From Acidobacteriota bacterium (lineage in GTDB: Bacteria; Acidobacteriota; UBA6911; RPQK01; JADFOI01): DNA of 64,000 bases. Where the stretch lies: positions 2,560,001 to 2,624,000 of the forward strand of contig OY760074.1 in NCBI GenBank assembly GCA_963663035.1, in the 5' to 3' direction. The notes under the pieces were generated by a model that was not told the DNA's origin, ran no database searches, and saw only the letters and a list, made by a program, of their open reading frames with translations. Position 1 is the stretch's first letter; every line of letters begins with the position of its first letter. The position numbers were made by a program, and so were the translations under genes. Shown one piece after another: positions 29,234 to 39,270 of this stretch.

Positions 29234-31114
29234 TTGACAAGGTTCCATATTCTTCTGATTGGCCCACTGGCGCTTGTTACGATGAGCACCGGCTGCGTGT
29301 CTACAACCCTACCGTTGGCTTCAGATCACCCGGCCTTGGCCGATGCCCCTAGCGGGCGGGTAGAAAGCGAACCCGCGGCCGTCCTGCTCCCGGACGCACC
29401 TTTGTACCCGGAGGTGGGAAACCGGGAACTTGAGCGGGGTTCAGTTTCCAGTGCCGATGATCCTGAGCCCGATGGGACGCGTGAAGCGCCGTATGTCGGA
29501 CGCGGGGTGATTCAGAGAATCGGCGAAGGCCAGCTGGAGATCCAGCATGAGGCCATCCCTGGTCTCATGGGCGCAATGACGATGGCCTTTCCAGTCGTTG
29601 AGGAAGCGATGGGCGATTCCCTGGAAGTGGGTGATGAGATCATCTTTAGGATCGAGAATCACCCGGAACACGGTTATCAAATCTTCAGTGTCGATGCGGC
29701 GACCCCCTGCCTTGAAGGTTTAAAAATGGGAATAGCAAAACCAGTCACGCTCGTGTGCATGCTCGTTCTGTTGGGCAGTCTCTCTGCATGCGCGCCACGC
29801 GATGCCGGCTTCGGGTCCGTTCAGGTTCTACTCGAGCAAAGGGCCGGGCTTGACGTGCGGTGGCGTTACCTCGATGGACCGACGGATGAGACGGTGGCGG
29901 AAATGCTTGCTCAGCCCGTGGGTCCCGAGGAGGCCGTTCGAATCGCTCTCCTGAACAACCGCGACCTGCAGGCATCTTTTGAAGAGTTGGGGATAGCGCG
30001 GGCCTCACTTTTGGGGGCCAGTTTGCCGCCCAATATCGAAGTCGACTTCGACAGGCATCGAGTACCAGGCGCAAAGTCCGAGTTCTCCTTTGCAGCAACG
30101 ATCGATCTGTCCCGTGTGCTGTTCCTGTCGATGCGCCGGGGAGTGGTCTCCGCCGAACTGGATGCAGTTCGCTTTCAGACAACGGGCACGCTTTTGGGGT
30201 TTGCACAGGCCGTCCGCACTGCCTATTACGACTATCAGGCGGCCGAACAGCTGTTGGAGCTGATCCAGACTGTGCTTGAAGCTGCTGCGGCCTCCTACGA
30301 TGTCGCCCAGCGTCTCCACGAAGCCGGCAACATCACGGCGCTGGAACTGGCCAACGAACGAGCATTCTACGAGGAAAGCCGAAGCCAGATCGCCCTCTCT
30401 GAAGCAGTCACCTTCAGCCGTCGAGAGGAGCTCACTGCGCTGATGGGTCTGTCGGGGATGGAGACCCACTGGCAACTGGCAGGGCGGTTGGTGGAGCCGC
30501 CAGAGGAGTCGCCCCATCTAGCAAATCTGGAGGCACGAGCGATCGAACAAAGCCTGGACCTTGTCGCACTGGAGCATCGGTATGTGGGGGCAGCCCGGCG
30601 CGCCAACCTCGCCCGGGCCGAGGGGCTCCTGCCCACGTTGCGTGCCGGAATCCATATGGACAGTGATGAGGGTCTCCGTGAATTCGGCCCGGTGATTTCG
30701 TTCGACCTACCCGTATTCGACCAGGGGCAGGCTGGGGTTGCGCTCGCGCGTGCCGAAATGCGGCAACTGGAACAGCGGTACAGAGCGCTCGCCATCCGTA
30801 TCCGCGCCACCGTGCGTACCGCGCGGAACGCCCTGCTGATCGCCGGCCGACGAGTCGATCACTATCAGGATGTCCTGCTCCCCTTGAGGGAACAGATCGT
30901 AGAACAGACTCAACGGCAGTACAACGCGATGGAGCTAGGCGTGTTTCAACTGATCGTGGCTCGGCGAGATCAGGTGCGGACGGCCCAAGAATACGTGATC
31001 GCACTTCGCGGATACTGGCACGCGCGGGCCACGCTGGACCAGATCCTGGCCGGCCGGCTCGTGTCTGTCGGGGGCTATCTCGGTGCTATGCCTGAGGGTC
31101 TGGAGATGCCGTGA
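29234..31114 (+). CDS. CusF-like copper-binding lipoprotein fused in frame to a TolC-family lipoprotein
   Basis: Lipobox STGC; HEAIPGLMGAMTMAF; second signal MGIAK...LSAC from 29726; EAVRIALLNNRDLQA, QYNAMELGVFQL. Confidence 0.82.
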   Translation: MTRFHILLIGPLALVTMSTGCVSTTLPLASDHPALADAPSGRVESEPAAVLLPDAPLYPEVGNRELERGSVSSADDPEPDGTREAPYVGRGVIQRIGEGQLEIQHEAIPGLMGAMTMAFPVVEEAMGDSLEVGDEIIFRIENHPEHGYQIFSVDAATPCLEGLKMGIAKPVTLVCMLVLLGSLSACAPRDAGFGSVQVLLEQRAGLDVRWRYLDGPTDETVAEMLAQPVGPEEAVRIALLNNRDLQASFEELGIARASLLGASLPPNIEVDFDRHRVPGAKSEFSFAATIDLSRVLFLSMRRGVVSAELDAVRFQTTGTLLGFAQAVRTAYYDYQAAEQLLELIQTVLEAAAASYDVAQRLHEAGNITALELANERAFYEESRSQIALSEAVTFSRREELTALMGLSGMETHWQLAGRLVEPPEESPHLANLEARAIEQSLDLVALEHRYVGAARRANLARAEGLLPTLRAGIHMDSDEGLREFGPVISFDLPVFDQGQAGVALARAEMRQLEQRYRALAIRIRATVRTARNALLIAGRRVDHYQDVLLPLREQIVEQTQRQYNAMELGVFQLIVARRDQVRTAQEYVIALRGYWHARATLDQILAGRLVSVGGYLGAMPEGLEMP

Positions 31115-31136
31115 ATTGGGGGAAAGGAGACTTCGA

Positions 31137-32396
31137 ATGATCTCAAGAAGAAATTTCGTGATGGGGTCATGGATCGCCGGCGGCGGGCTTCTGGCTGCAC
31201 GCCCAGCTGTTGCCCAAGCCGCACAGATCCAAGAGACCGGCTACACGTCGGTCGTGACTCCGAACGGCGTGTCGCTTCCCTTTCGGATGGTAGAGGGCGT
31301 GAAAGTCTTCCACCTGATCTCCGAACCGGTGGAGCACGAGTTCGCTTCGGGCTTGAAAGCGAGCTGCTGGGGTTACAACGGCAGGACGTCGGGACCGACG
31401 ATCGAAGCCGTGGAAGGTGATCGGGTTCGCATCTACGTCACCAACCGTCTGCCTGAGCCCACAACCGTCCACTGGCATGGCATCATCCTGCCCAACGGCA
31501 TGGACGGCGTGGGCGGTCTGACCCAGCCCTATATCCGCCCTGGAGAAACTTTCAGGTATGAGTTCCCGTTCCTCTATCCGGGGACGTTCATGTACCACCC
31601 GCACGTCGACGAGATGACTCAGATGGGCATGGGACTCATGGGCATGATTGTCGTCCATGAACGGAACCCGCAATACCCGGTTGATCGCGACTTCGCCATC
31701 ATGCTGAGCGAGTGGTATGTCCCGATTGGCACCCGCCGTCCCGACCCGCGCGAGATGTCGGATTTCAATGTTTTGACGATGAACAGCAAAGCTTTCCCGG
31801 GGACCGATCCACTCGTTGTCCGCACGGGTCAACGGGTCCGTATGCGATTTGGGAACCTGAGCGCGATGGACAACCATCCGATCCACCTGCACGGCTATTC
31901 TTTCAAGATCGCTGGAACCGACGGGGGACGCATTGCGGAAACGGCTCAGCAGCCGGAAACGACCGTTCTGGTGCCCGTGGGAGCGACGCGAGACATCGAG
32001 TTCGTCGCCGATGCACCCGGGGACTGGGCGATGCACTGCCATTTCACCCACCACATCATGAACCAGATGGGGCACGAAGGACCGAATATGATCGGACTTG
32101 ACACAGACGGACTGGACGGCAGAATTCGCCCGCTGCTGCCGGGGTATATGACCATGGGACAGAGCGGCATGTCGGGTATGGGGCACATGGGAATGGACGT
32201 GCCCGACAACAGCATCCCGATGGTGGGAGCACCCGGCAAGCACGACTACCTCGACATGGGAGGGATGTTCACCGTATTGAAAGTTCGCGACGACATCACC
32301 AGCTACCAAGACCCGGGCTGGTACGACAACCCGCCAGGAACTCTGGCAAGGCAGGCCTCGAGTGAGGAATTGAAGGCGGACGGAATCAGTGTATGA
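31137..32396 (+). CDS. Tat-exported multicopper oxidase (CopA/CueO-related, compact type)
   Basis: SRRNF; HWHG, MYHPH, HPIHLHG, MHCHFTHH; Met-rich C-terminus. Confidence 0.93.
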   Translation: MISRRNFVMGSWIAGGGLLAARPAVAQAAQIQETGYTSVVTPNGVSLPFRMVEGVKVFHLISEPVEHEFASGLKASCWGYNGRTSGPTIEAVEGDRVRIYVTNRLPEPTTVHWHGIILPNGMDGVGGLTQPYIRPGETFRYEFPFLYPGTFMYHPHVDEMTQMGMGLMGMIVVHERNPQYPVDRDFAIMLSEWYVPIGTRRPDPREMSDFNVLTMNSKAFPGTDPLVVRTGQRVRMRFGNLSAMDNHPIHLHGYSFKIAGTDGGRIAETAQQPETTVLVPVGATRDIEFVADAPGDWAMHCHFTHHIMNQMGHEGPNMIGLDTDGLDGRIRPLLPGYMTMGQSGMSGMGHMGMDVPDNSIPMVGAPGKHDYLDMGGMFTVLKVRDDITSYQDPGWYDNPPGTLARQASSEELKADGISV

Positions 32397-32427
32397 ACGG
32401 ATGGAAATCCACTACGTGTCTTTGCCC

Positions 32428-32475
32428 GGGTTGAGCAGGCTTCTTGGAGGTCTGATTCGGCCGGGCTTGGTCTTT
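32428..32475. repeat. 48-bp imperfect direct repeat, right of the copper cassette
   Basis: Matches 28761-28808. Confidence 0.75.
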
Positions 32476-32725
32476 ACTTCTGGATCTGCTTGCTGGTGAG
32501 CCACTTGCGGCTGAAAGCAAGATTGAAGACGCTGTTGACCTGATGGAAGTCTGCCGCTTCTGCCCTCCAGTTCAGCCATGATTATTCCAAAACAGAAACT
32601 AAAAAACGTCTGTTGACTCTAGGGGGCAACAGGGGCTACGGAGGGAAGAGGGAGAAAAGGAAGGCAGGGCTAACCTCAGCGGAACCCTGCCCTCCTTTAG
32701 GCAATACAAAAAACGTCTGCCTCAA

Positions 32726-33319
32726 TCAGGAATGGTTGTTCTTGCGACCATTCCTGAAGGCAAGCAGAGAAATCGCAAGCGCCAGCACAGCAATCGCGCT
32801 TGAGCTGACCCGAACCACCCCAGCCGTGAGGATCGGTGCTTCTATCACCTGCACAGCCGCAAAGGGGTTTGCCACACCCTGGCCGCGAGGCTCGTTCCAC
32901 CAAACCACGCTGCCATCGGTGTATTTCTGCCAGGAGTTGAACGGATAGAGCCCTGGCTTTTCGGGAACATTCATGCTCATGTAAATCATCTGAAAGGTTT
33001 CAACGATAGCCCCTTCACCGGTCCACCAGACTCGTTCGACCTTCCCTGTATCATCAAACTCCACATGCAGGTCCATGCCCGGGATGTCCTGAAAAGAGTT
33101 GATGTCCCCGCCGTTATCGCGCCATTCCTGAGACACTTCGAGCCCCAACTCGACCACTGGGATACTCTTTTCCACCGGTGCCCGAAGGAAAAAGACCTTG
33201 TGGTGAATCCCGGCCTCGGTGGTGCGCGGGTTGACACTCACATGCCCAAAGAGCGGAACGGCAGAAGCACCCACAACAATAAGTGCCAAGAGCAGAGTGC
33301 CCCACTTGTGTGTTCGCAT
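32726..33319 (-). CDS. YcnI family (DUF1775) copper-binding protein, paralogue 3
   Basis: LFG-HV, RAPVEKSIP, WQKYTDGSVVWW, C-terminal TM; start at 33319 after GGAGG. Confidence 0.85.
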   Translation of the reverse strand: MRTHKWGTLLLALIVVGASAVPLFGHVSVNPRTTEAGIHHKVFFLRAPVEKSIPVVELGLEVSQEWRDNGGDINSFQDIPGMDLHVEFDDTGKVERVWWTGEGAIVETFQMIYMSMNVPEKPGLYPFNSWQKYTDGSVVWWNEPRGQGVANPFAAVQVIEAPILTAGVVRVSSSAIAVLALAISLLAFRNGRKNNHS

Positions 33320-33534
33320 GGTTGAATCCTCCATATAAAGTGATTGGAGTATAGCTAGGGACGACTGCACGAGGCTATCTTTAGTTCAATAGAGTAACCT
33401 TCGCGACTTTTCCCTACTGTTCTGGACAAAAAATTGACCTATTTGTTATTGACTATCACTACAGTGGTCCCACTGTCAAGCAGAAAAGAGCCAGATGTTG
33501 GACACCACCGTGTCGATGCCAGATATCAATCCAC

Positions 33535-36500
33535 TTAAAAAACCACTCTCAAACCAAGCTGAATCTCGCGCGGGCTGTTGGTCAGGTCCTCGATAAATCC
33601 GGCGCCGGTTTGAGCGGATCCGCTTCGACTAAAGACCCGCGTGTTTGGCAAAGCGTAGTTGGCCCGGTTGAGGATGTTGAAAAATTCAGCCCGAAACTGC
33701 ACATTCACTGTTTCGGTAGCCTGGGTGTTTTTGGTCAGCGAAAAGTCCACTACGGCCACACCCGGCCCGATCAAGGTGTTTCGTCCCACCGTGCCAATCG
33801 TTCTATCGGGAGGAAAAACAAAATCTGAGACATCGAAGTATTGATCGGGACCGCCCAAAACCGGACTGGTGCTGCCACCCGGAGCCAGATCGGGAGTGTC
33901 AGTGCGAAGCCCCAGGTCACGTAAGTCGCGGCGCCCCTGTATCGTAATCATGACCGGTGGCCCATCCGACAGCTTAAAAATGCTGCTGAGCTGCCAGCCG
34001 CCCAAAACTTTCTCCGTCACGCCACTCCAGCCGCTCCCAAAGGCTTTGCCCGGCCCAAAGGGAAGCTGCCAGATGCCGCTGGCTGCAAAGGACCTGCTCA
34101 CGTGGAAGGCCGCCAGGCTTCTGTGCATGTCGGGATCCGGGTAATAGTTGACGCCACCACCCTGGTTACTAAAAGCCTGGTTGATCTGGGACGATTCATC
34201 CACGGTCCTGGAGTAGGTGTAGGCAAGCTGCAGCTGCCAGCCCGCTTGAAAGCGGCGCTGCAGGCCCATTTCCAGGCCATTGTGCCAGGAATCAATGGAC
34301 GACTCCTGGCTGAGCAGATCCAGGTTGTCAAAAGTCTGGTTGGGCAAGGCAGCAGTGTCTGCAAAGACGTAGCGCCCATTGACATTGTCCGCAGTGGCGG
34401 TATTCAGAAACACCTGGTGCATCAGGTTGAAGCCTCGAGAGCCGGCATAGCCAAGAGTCACGGCTGTTCCGGGCATAATCTCATGCTGGATGTTCAGATT
34501 CCACTGGTACATGTGAGGGTTTCTCATATAGTCAAAGGAAAACGGTTGGATGTCTGGCTGCCCCACACCCTGGGCCACTACAGCGTCAAAGATATCTGGA
34601 AAGGGAATATTCGACCCCCGGATATTGGTTTCCAACTGAAAGGGAGCGGTGCGATGCACGGCCCGAATGAAAGTATCCGATTGGATGTGATTGTAAAAGA
34701 GCCCAGCCCCCAGCCGGAGAGCGGTCTTTCCCGCACCCGTGGGATCCCAGGCCAGGCCGATTCGAGGCATGAAACTTGCCTTTGAAGGATTGTTAAACCA
34801 GGCATCGTCGGTGTCGGCGGCCAGGTATGTGATTGAGGTGTCCGTCAAGGGACTCCTCAAGTTGGCAAGCTTGTCGTTGACCTCGTAGGGCACGGTGAAA
34901 AACTCGTGCCGAAGGCCCAGGTTGACAGTGAATTGGGGAGAAACCTGCCAGTCGTCCTGGATGTACCACCCCGCGATGTTCATGCGAAGTCCCCGAATGC
35001 TGGTGGTCTCAGGTATAATGTCGCCTCGAAAGCGGTTGGGTTCGCCCAGCAACAGAAAGTCCTCCAGGGAGCCAAATGAAAATGCCCCGGCCGGGCGGGA
35101 GGGGCTGTCGCCGTTATACTGAAGACGACGCCAGGTGAACCCGAGTTTCAAGGAGTGAGCACTCCGTTCATAGATGACATCATCAAAATATTCAAAGCTG
35201 TTCACCTTTCGATCCACCCAGCCGCGTCCCAGACCGACAGTTGAGAGACCCGTGCCGTTGATCTCACCCTGAACATACTCAGCACCCAGAGGGGCCCTCC
35301 AGGCCGACTCCGGAACGAAGCGGAGGGCGGTGTCCGTGATGGGGTCCTCAGTAGACAACTGCCCCAGGCCGCGACGATTGAACCCAAAACGAAAGCTGTT
35401 GAGGACTCGAGGGGAGAAAATCTTCTTCGCCTCGAGGGTCACAAAGGTATTGTTGACAAACTCATTTTGCACCCACCGATCAATCTCCCGGGGGTTGGCC
35501 CTATCAGAGGTCTGGCGGGTCACCCGTACAAACAGGGAGTCGGAATCCGAGAGGTTGTGGTCCACTCGTACCTGGTAGAAGTCTTCGTTGGTGGGCTGGC
35601 TAAAGCCCGCCGGCTCCCGTGCCCTTCCATCCAGCAGGTCCACCGCCAGGGGCCCAGGTCTCGGCCACAGCTCAAGATAGGGGATGACATCCGCATCATA
35701 TGTCACCGGCACCAAGGGCGCGCTCGTATCGATATCTCCGTTAGCATCCAGCCGCAGCAGGCCGTTTCGTGCATCGTCGCTCAAAACGGTTCGGAATTCC
35801 GTGCGGCCGCGTCGATCCCGCAAACCTTCGTAATTGAAGAAAAAGAAGGTTTTACGCTGGATGACGGGGCCGGACAGGCTGAACCCATACTGGTTGCGCT
35901 TGAACTCCGGTCTGTCCTTTTCAATGAAATTTCCGGAGGAATCGAAAAGAGGGATATCGCGAAAATGGGCTGCATCCAGGTTGTCGTTTCGATGAAATTC
36001 ATAGATAGAGCCATGAAAGTCGTTGCCGCCGGACTTACTGACCACGTTGATGACACCCCCCGCGGCGCCTCCAAACTGGGCACTGTAGGAGTTCCTCTCG
36101 ACCTTAAACTCCTGGATGGCTTCCCCACCTATAAAATTTCCCGAGATACCTGCCGGAACGCCTTGATCAATGCTTTTCACCTCAGTCCCGTCCAGCAACA
36201 CCGAAACGTCCAGGGGACGCGCTCCGGCAATGCTGACCCGGTTGGTGAAGCCCGCGTTGGTACTTTTACCGCCTGTTGTCACAGGGACGTTTCCCGGCTG
36301 CAGCGTCAGCAGGCCGGTCATGTCGCGTCCATTGAGGGGAAGCTCGATTACCGTGTTACGATCCACCAGACCCCCCAGGGTACCTGAGGAGGTCTCCACC
36401 AGTGGGGTCTCCCCGGTCACGGTCACCCTCTCGGTGATCTCTCCCACCCTCAGGGTGACCTCCACTATCGCTCGTCGGCCGATGGTCAGCTCGATTCCTG

Positions 36501-36774
36501 TTTGGACTTCGGTCTGAAAACCGGGCAGGCTTGCTGCCACTTCATAGTCGCCCAAATTCAGATTCGCGATTCGGTACCTGCCTTCATCATCGCTCACGAC
36601 TGTTCTGGATAGTCCGGTGTCCAAGTGGGTGGCCGTCACCTCGACTCCCGGCAGGACAGCACCTGTGGCATCCTGAATGGTGCCCAAGACGGTCGCCAAA
36701 TTGACCTGGGCCCCAGCGAAAGAAAAGTGAAGGGTCAGTACCAGAAGAATGGAAGAAATTCTAGACATGTTCAT
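33535..36774 (-). CDS. TonB-dependent receptor 2 (paralogue of receptor 1)
   Basis: Same motifs as receptor 1; ends REIQLGLRVVF; start at 36774 after AAGGGAG. Confidence 0.93.
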   Translation of the reverse strand: MNMSRISSILLVLTLHFSFAGAQVNLATVLGTIQDATGAVLPGVEVTATHLDTGLSRTVVSDDEGRYRIANLNLGDYEVAASLPGFQTEVQTGIELTIGRRAIVEVTLRVGEITERVTVTGETPLVETSSGTLGGLVDRNTVIELPLNGRDMTGLLTLQPGNVPVTTGGKSTNAGFTNRVSIAGARPLDVSVLLDGTEVKSIDQGVPAGISGNFIGGEAIQEFKVERNSYSAQFGGAAGGVINVVSKSGGNDFHGSIYEFHRNDNLDAAHFRDIPLFDSSGNFIEKDRPEFKRNQYGFSLSGPVIQRKTFFFFNYEGLRDRRGRTEFRTVLSDDARNGLLRLDANGDIDTSAPLVPVTYDADVIPYLELWPRPGPLAVDLLDGRAREPAGFSQPTNEDFYQVRVDHNLSDSDSLFVRVTRQTSDRANPREIDRWVQNEFVNNTFVTLEAKKIFSPRVLNSFRFGFNRRGLGQLSTEDPITDTALRFVPESAWRAPLGAEYVQGEINGTGLSTVGLGRGWVDRKVNSFEYFDDVIYERSAHSLKLGFTWRRLQYNGDSPSRPAGAFSFGSLEDFLLLGEPNRFRGDIIPETTSIRGLRMNIAGWYIQDDWQVSPQFTVNLGLRHEFFTVPYEVNDKLANLRSPLTDTSITYLAADTDDAWFNNPSKASFMPRIGLAWDPTGAGKTALRLGAGLFYNHIQSDTFIRAVHRTAPFQLETNIRGSNIPFPDIFDAVVAQGVGQPDIQPFSFDYMRNPHMYQWNLNIQHEIMPGTAVTLGYAGSRGFNLMHQVFLNTATADNVNGRYVFADTAALPNQTFDNLDLLSQESSIDSWHNGLEMGLQRRFQAGWQLQLAYTYSRTVDESSQINQAFSNQGGGVNYYPDPDMHRSLAAFHVSRSFAASGIWQLPFGPGKAFGSGWSGVTEKVLGGWQLSSIFKLSDGPPVMITIQGRRDLRDLGLRTDTPDLAPGGSTSPVLGGPDQYFDVSDFVFPPDRTIGTVGRNTLIGPGVAVVDFSLTKNTQATETVNVQFRAEFFNILNRANYALPNTRVFSRSGSAQTGAGFIEDLTNSPREIQLGLRVVF

Positions 36775-36815
36775 TGACTCCCTTGGTTGAAAACTTCGAA
36801 GAAAAACTTGCAAAA

Positions 36816-36844
36816 ATAATACACCTGTTCACATTTCTTGTCAA
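36816..36844 (-). promoter_or_regulatory. Sigma70-like promoter of TonB receptor 2
   Basis: TTGACA-17 nt-TATTAT on the minus strand. Confidence 0.72.
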
Positions 36845-36892
36845 GAGAATACTTGAGACCCAAGACATTCCATCTCTACCGGTAGAAACAGA

Positions 36893-37996
36893 TTAGTATT
36901 CGTTGAATATTCGCTGGATCTCCTTCAAATCAGAAGTCTTTGTCAGAGCCAGCTGTAAGAGGATTCGCGCCTTGTGTGCTATCAGGTTATCCCCTTCGAT
37001 AAACTTGTCCTGCGTGTTGACATTGACTCGGTTATTCATGCCCCCGCGTGCTGTCCGCACGATGGGCATCCCTCTATCCGCCAAACTTTCCAATAAGGGC
37101 TGCTGGTCGACATGGGGACCACCGCCCGTGGTCAACCCGTTGAGGACGATTCCCTTGACACCCAGGTCAGCTGCTGCCTGGATCAGTCCCGGGTCGGCGT
37201 CGAAGTAAGCCGAGATGACTTCCACTTTGGGTAGAGTCGTGATGGTATTGATGTCAAACTCAGAGTTTATGGTGTGTCGACGGGTGGGAGCGCGATAAAA
37301 GGTCACCCGGTCTGCCTCAATTATTCCGAGAACGCCATATATCGCAGACAGGTAGGCGCCGGGACGCCCGCTGGTCTTCAAGACCTCGCGGCCCGAATTG
37401 ATGGTCTGATTGTGGACAACCAGCACTCCTTTTCCGGCTGCCTCGGGAGAGAGCACCACCGAGACAGCGTCAAGGAAGTTTTTGTCTCCATCATTACTAA
37501 CGGTGCCGTGGAGACGTTGGGAGTTGGTCACGACTATGGGTTTGTCGCTTTTGACGAGTAAATGAAGAAAGTATGCTGTTTCCTCCGTAGTCACTGTGCC
37601 CTGGGTGACGATGACACCTTTCACTTCAGGATCCTGGATGATCTCGTTGACGGTGCGAGCGACGTCGACGAACTCTTTGGAGGTGAATCTGCTGCTCCCC
37701 GTGCGGATGAGATCAGTCACTTCCAGTCTCACGCTATCCAGGAGCTCCACAGTCTCTGGAAAGTTTTTACGAATATCTGAGATGGTCTGCTGGATAGGGA
37801 TACGACCGTCCAGAGTATTTGCGATTGTCCCGCCAGTGGCCACCACCTTGATCAGGGGTTTGCTCTGGTCTTGCCCAAACGCCAGCGGCCAGGCCAGCGC
37901 GACAAACAGAGTCGCAACCACCGCCAGGAGACCGAGGCTGGGCATCCCTTTCCCCTGAAAAACTGAATATCTCTGTTCTAGTCTTCTCTTCATCAT
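36893..37996 (-). CDS. Exported type II asparaginase-fold protein with divergent active site
   Basis: ATGGTIA, TQGTVTTEETAY, KPIVVTNSQR, KARILLQLAL; signal peptide. Confidence 0.85.
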   Translation of the reverse strand: MMKRRLEQRYSVFQGKGMPSLGLLAVVATLFVALAWPLAFGQDQSKPLIKVVATGGTIANTLDGRIPIQQTISDIRKNFPETVELLDSVRLEVTDLIRTGSSRFTSKEFVDVARTVNEIIQDPEVKGVIVTQGTVTTEETAYFLHLLVKSDKPIVVTNSQRLHGTVSNDGDKNFLDAVSVVLSPEAAGKGVLVVHNQTINSGREVLKTSGRPGAYLSAIYGVLGIIEADRVTFYRAPTRRHTINSEFDINTITTLPKVEVISAYFDADPGLIQAAADLGVKGIVLNGLTTGGGPHVDQQPLLESLADRGMPIVRTARGGMNNRVNVNTQDKFIEGDNLIAHKARILLQLALTKTSDLKEIQRIFNEY

Positions 37997-38009
37997 AGCC
38001 CTCCTTTTT

Positions 38010-39260
38010 TTAGTTTGTGGCGGTGCTTACCACCTCATCAAAAAGACGCAGCATGTTTTCTCCCATGATCTTGGCCACATCCTCGGAACTGTACCCTCTG
38101 TTCGAAAGTGCCTGAGCGATATTCTGGTATCCACTGGCGTCTTCGATTCCCTGGAGGTTGACGGGGTAGCCTCCAAAGTCGGTGCTGATTCCCACATAGT
38201 CCACACCCACCAGCCTCACGATGTGGTCAATATGGTCAATCAGAAGAGAGAGGGGCTGAAGGTTTCGGCGGCGCTCCTCGATCGATGCCCCCCGACGGGC
38301 TTCACTTGCTCTATTTCGCTCGTCGATAAATTCGTAAATCTTGGTTGGATCTCCTGTGTACAGAAGGGGCTCATTACCCATGAGGCGGGATCCCCGCGGA
38401 GGCCCGCTGGGCGTGGCACTTCGTCGAGTGGCTAGCTGGGGCATGGCTGGGACGCAAATGACCCCGTTCATCTTGGCCAGCGTCTGAATCATCTCATCGC
38501 TCCAACCACTGCCCAGGGATCGAGCTCCCGAGTGAGTCGTGGAGACTGGCTGTGTACTGACTGCCATCACATCCAGGATGGTTTGCTCACCGGCGTGGGA
38601 AAGATCAATCAGGATCCCCAGTCGATTCATCTCAGCCACCAATTCCCGCCCGAAATCGGTCAGGCCATAACCCTTGCCGTCATTGCTACGGCTGAACCCC
38701 ACATCGCCGATGTTATTGGCAAGGAGGTGGACCAGATTCATCTCGCGCAATCCCAGCCGGTGGAACATCCGCAGCACCCCCAGGTCACTCTCAATGGCCA
38801 GCGCTCCTTCGATGGCCAGGATACCTGCAATTTTGCCCTCTCGGCGAAGGGCTCTGACCTCCTCGGCATTGGTGGCCACTCCCACTTGATCGGGGTACTT
38901 GGCAATTTCCCGATAGAAGCGGTCAATCTGCCTGAGAGCGTCTTTGACGGCCAGATGGTTGACTTCATAAAACTCATCAATCGAGGTATTGAAGAGGGCC
39001 GCTCCCAGGCCACCCTTCTGGGCCAGGGAGAGGGTAAATCGGGGATCGGCATTGGGCTCTCCGATGGTTCCTCCTCGGCGATAAACGGATGAGATGGGAT
39101 GCATGTGCCCATCAAAGACCCAGACCCTGCTGTCTGGGGAGCTCTGGGCATAGCTGGTCAAGGACCCGGTCCAAATGGGCGGGGGGAAAATCCCCAGTGA
39201 AAACGAAAGTGCCACAAACAGAGCACCCAGGCTCAGTAGCCCACCAGTGAAGCGATGCAT
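38010..39260 (-). CDS. Membrane dipeptidase (peptidase M19), exported
   Basis: DGHMH, AIEG, GLTDFG, IDLSH, TTHS, GISTDFGG, KIMGENMLR. Confidence 0.9.
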   Translation of the reverse strand: MHRFTGGLLSLGALFVALSFSLGIFPPPIWTGSLTSYAQSSPDSRVWVFDGHMHPISSVYRRGGTIGEPNADPRFTLSLAQKGGLGAALFNTSIDEFYEVNHLAVKDALRQIDRFYREIAKYPDQVGVATNAEEVRALRREGKIAGILAIEGALAIESDLGVLRMFHRLGLREMNLVHLLANNIGDVGFSRSNDGKGYGLTDFGRELVAEMNRLGILIDLSHAGEQTILDVMAVSTQPVSTTHSGARSLGSGWSDEMIQTLAKMNGVICVPAMPQLATRRSATPSGPPRGSRLMGNEPLLYTGDPTKIYEFIDERNRASEARRGASIEERRRNLQPLSLLIDHIDHIVRLVGVDYVGISTDFGGYPVNLQGIEDASGYQNIAQALSNRGYSSEDVAKIMGENMLRLFDEVVSTATN

Positions 39261-39270
39261 AGCTCACCTC

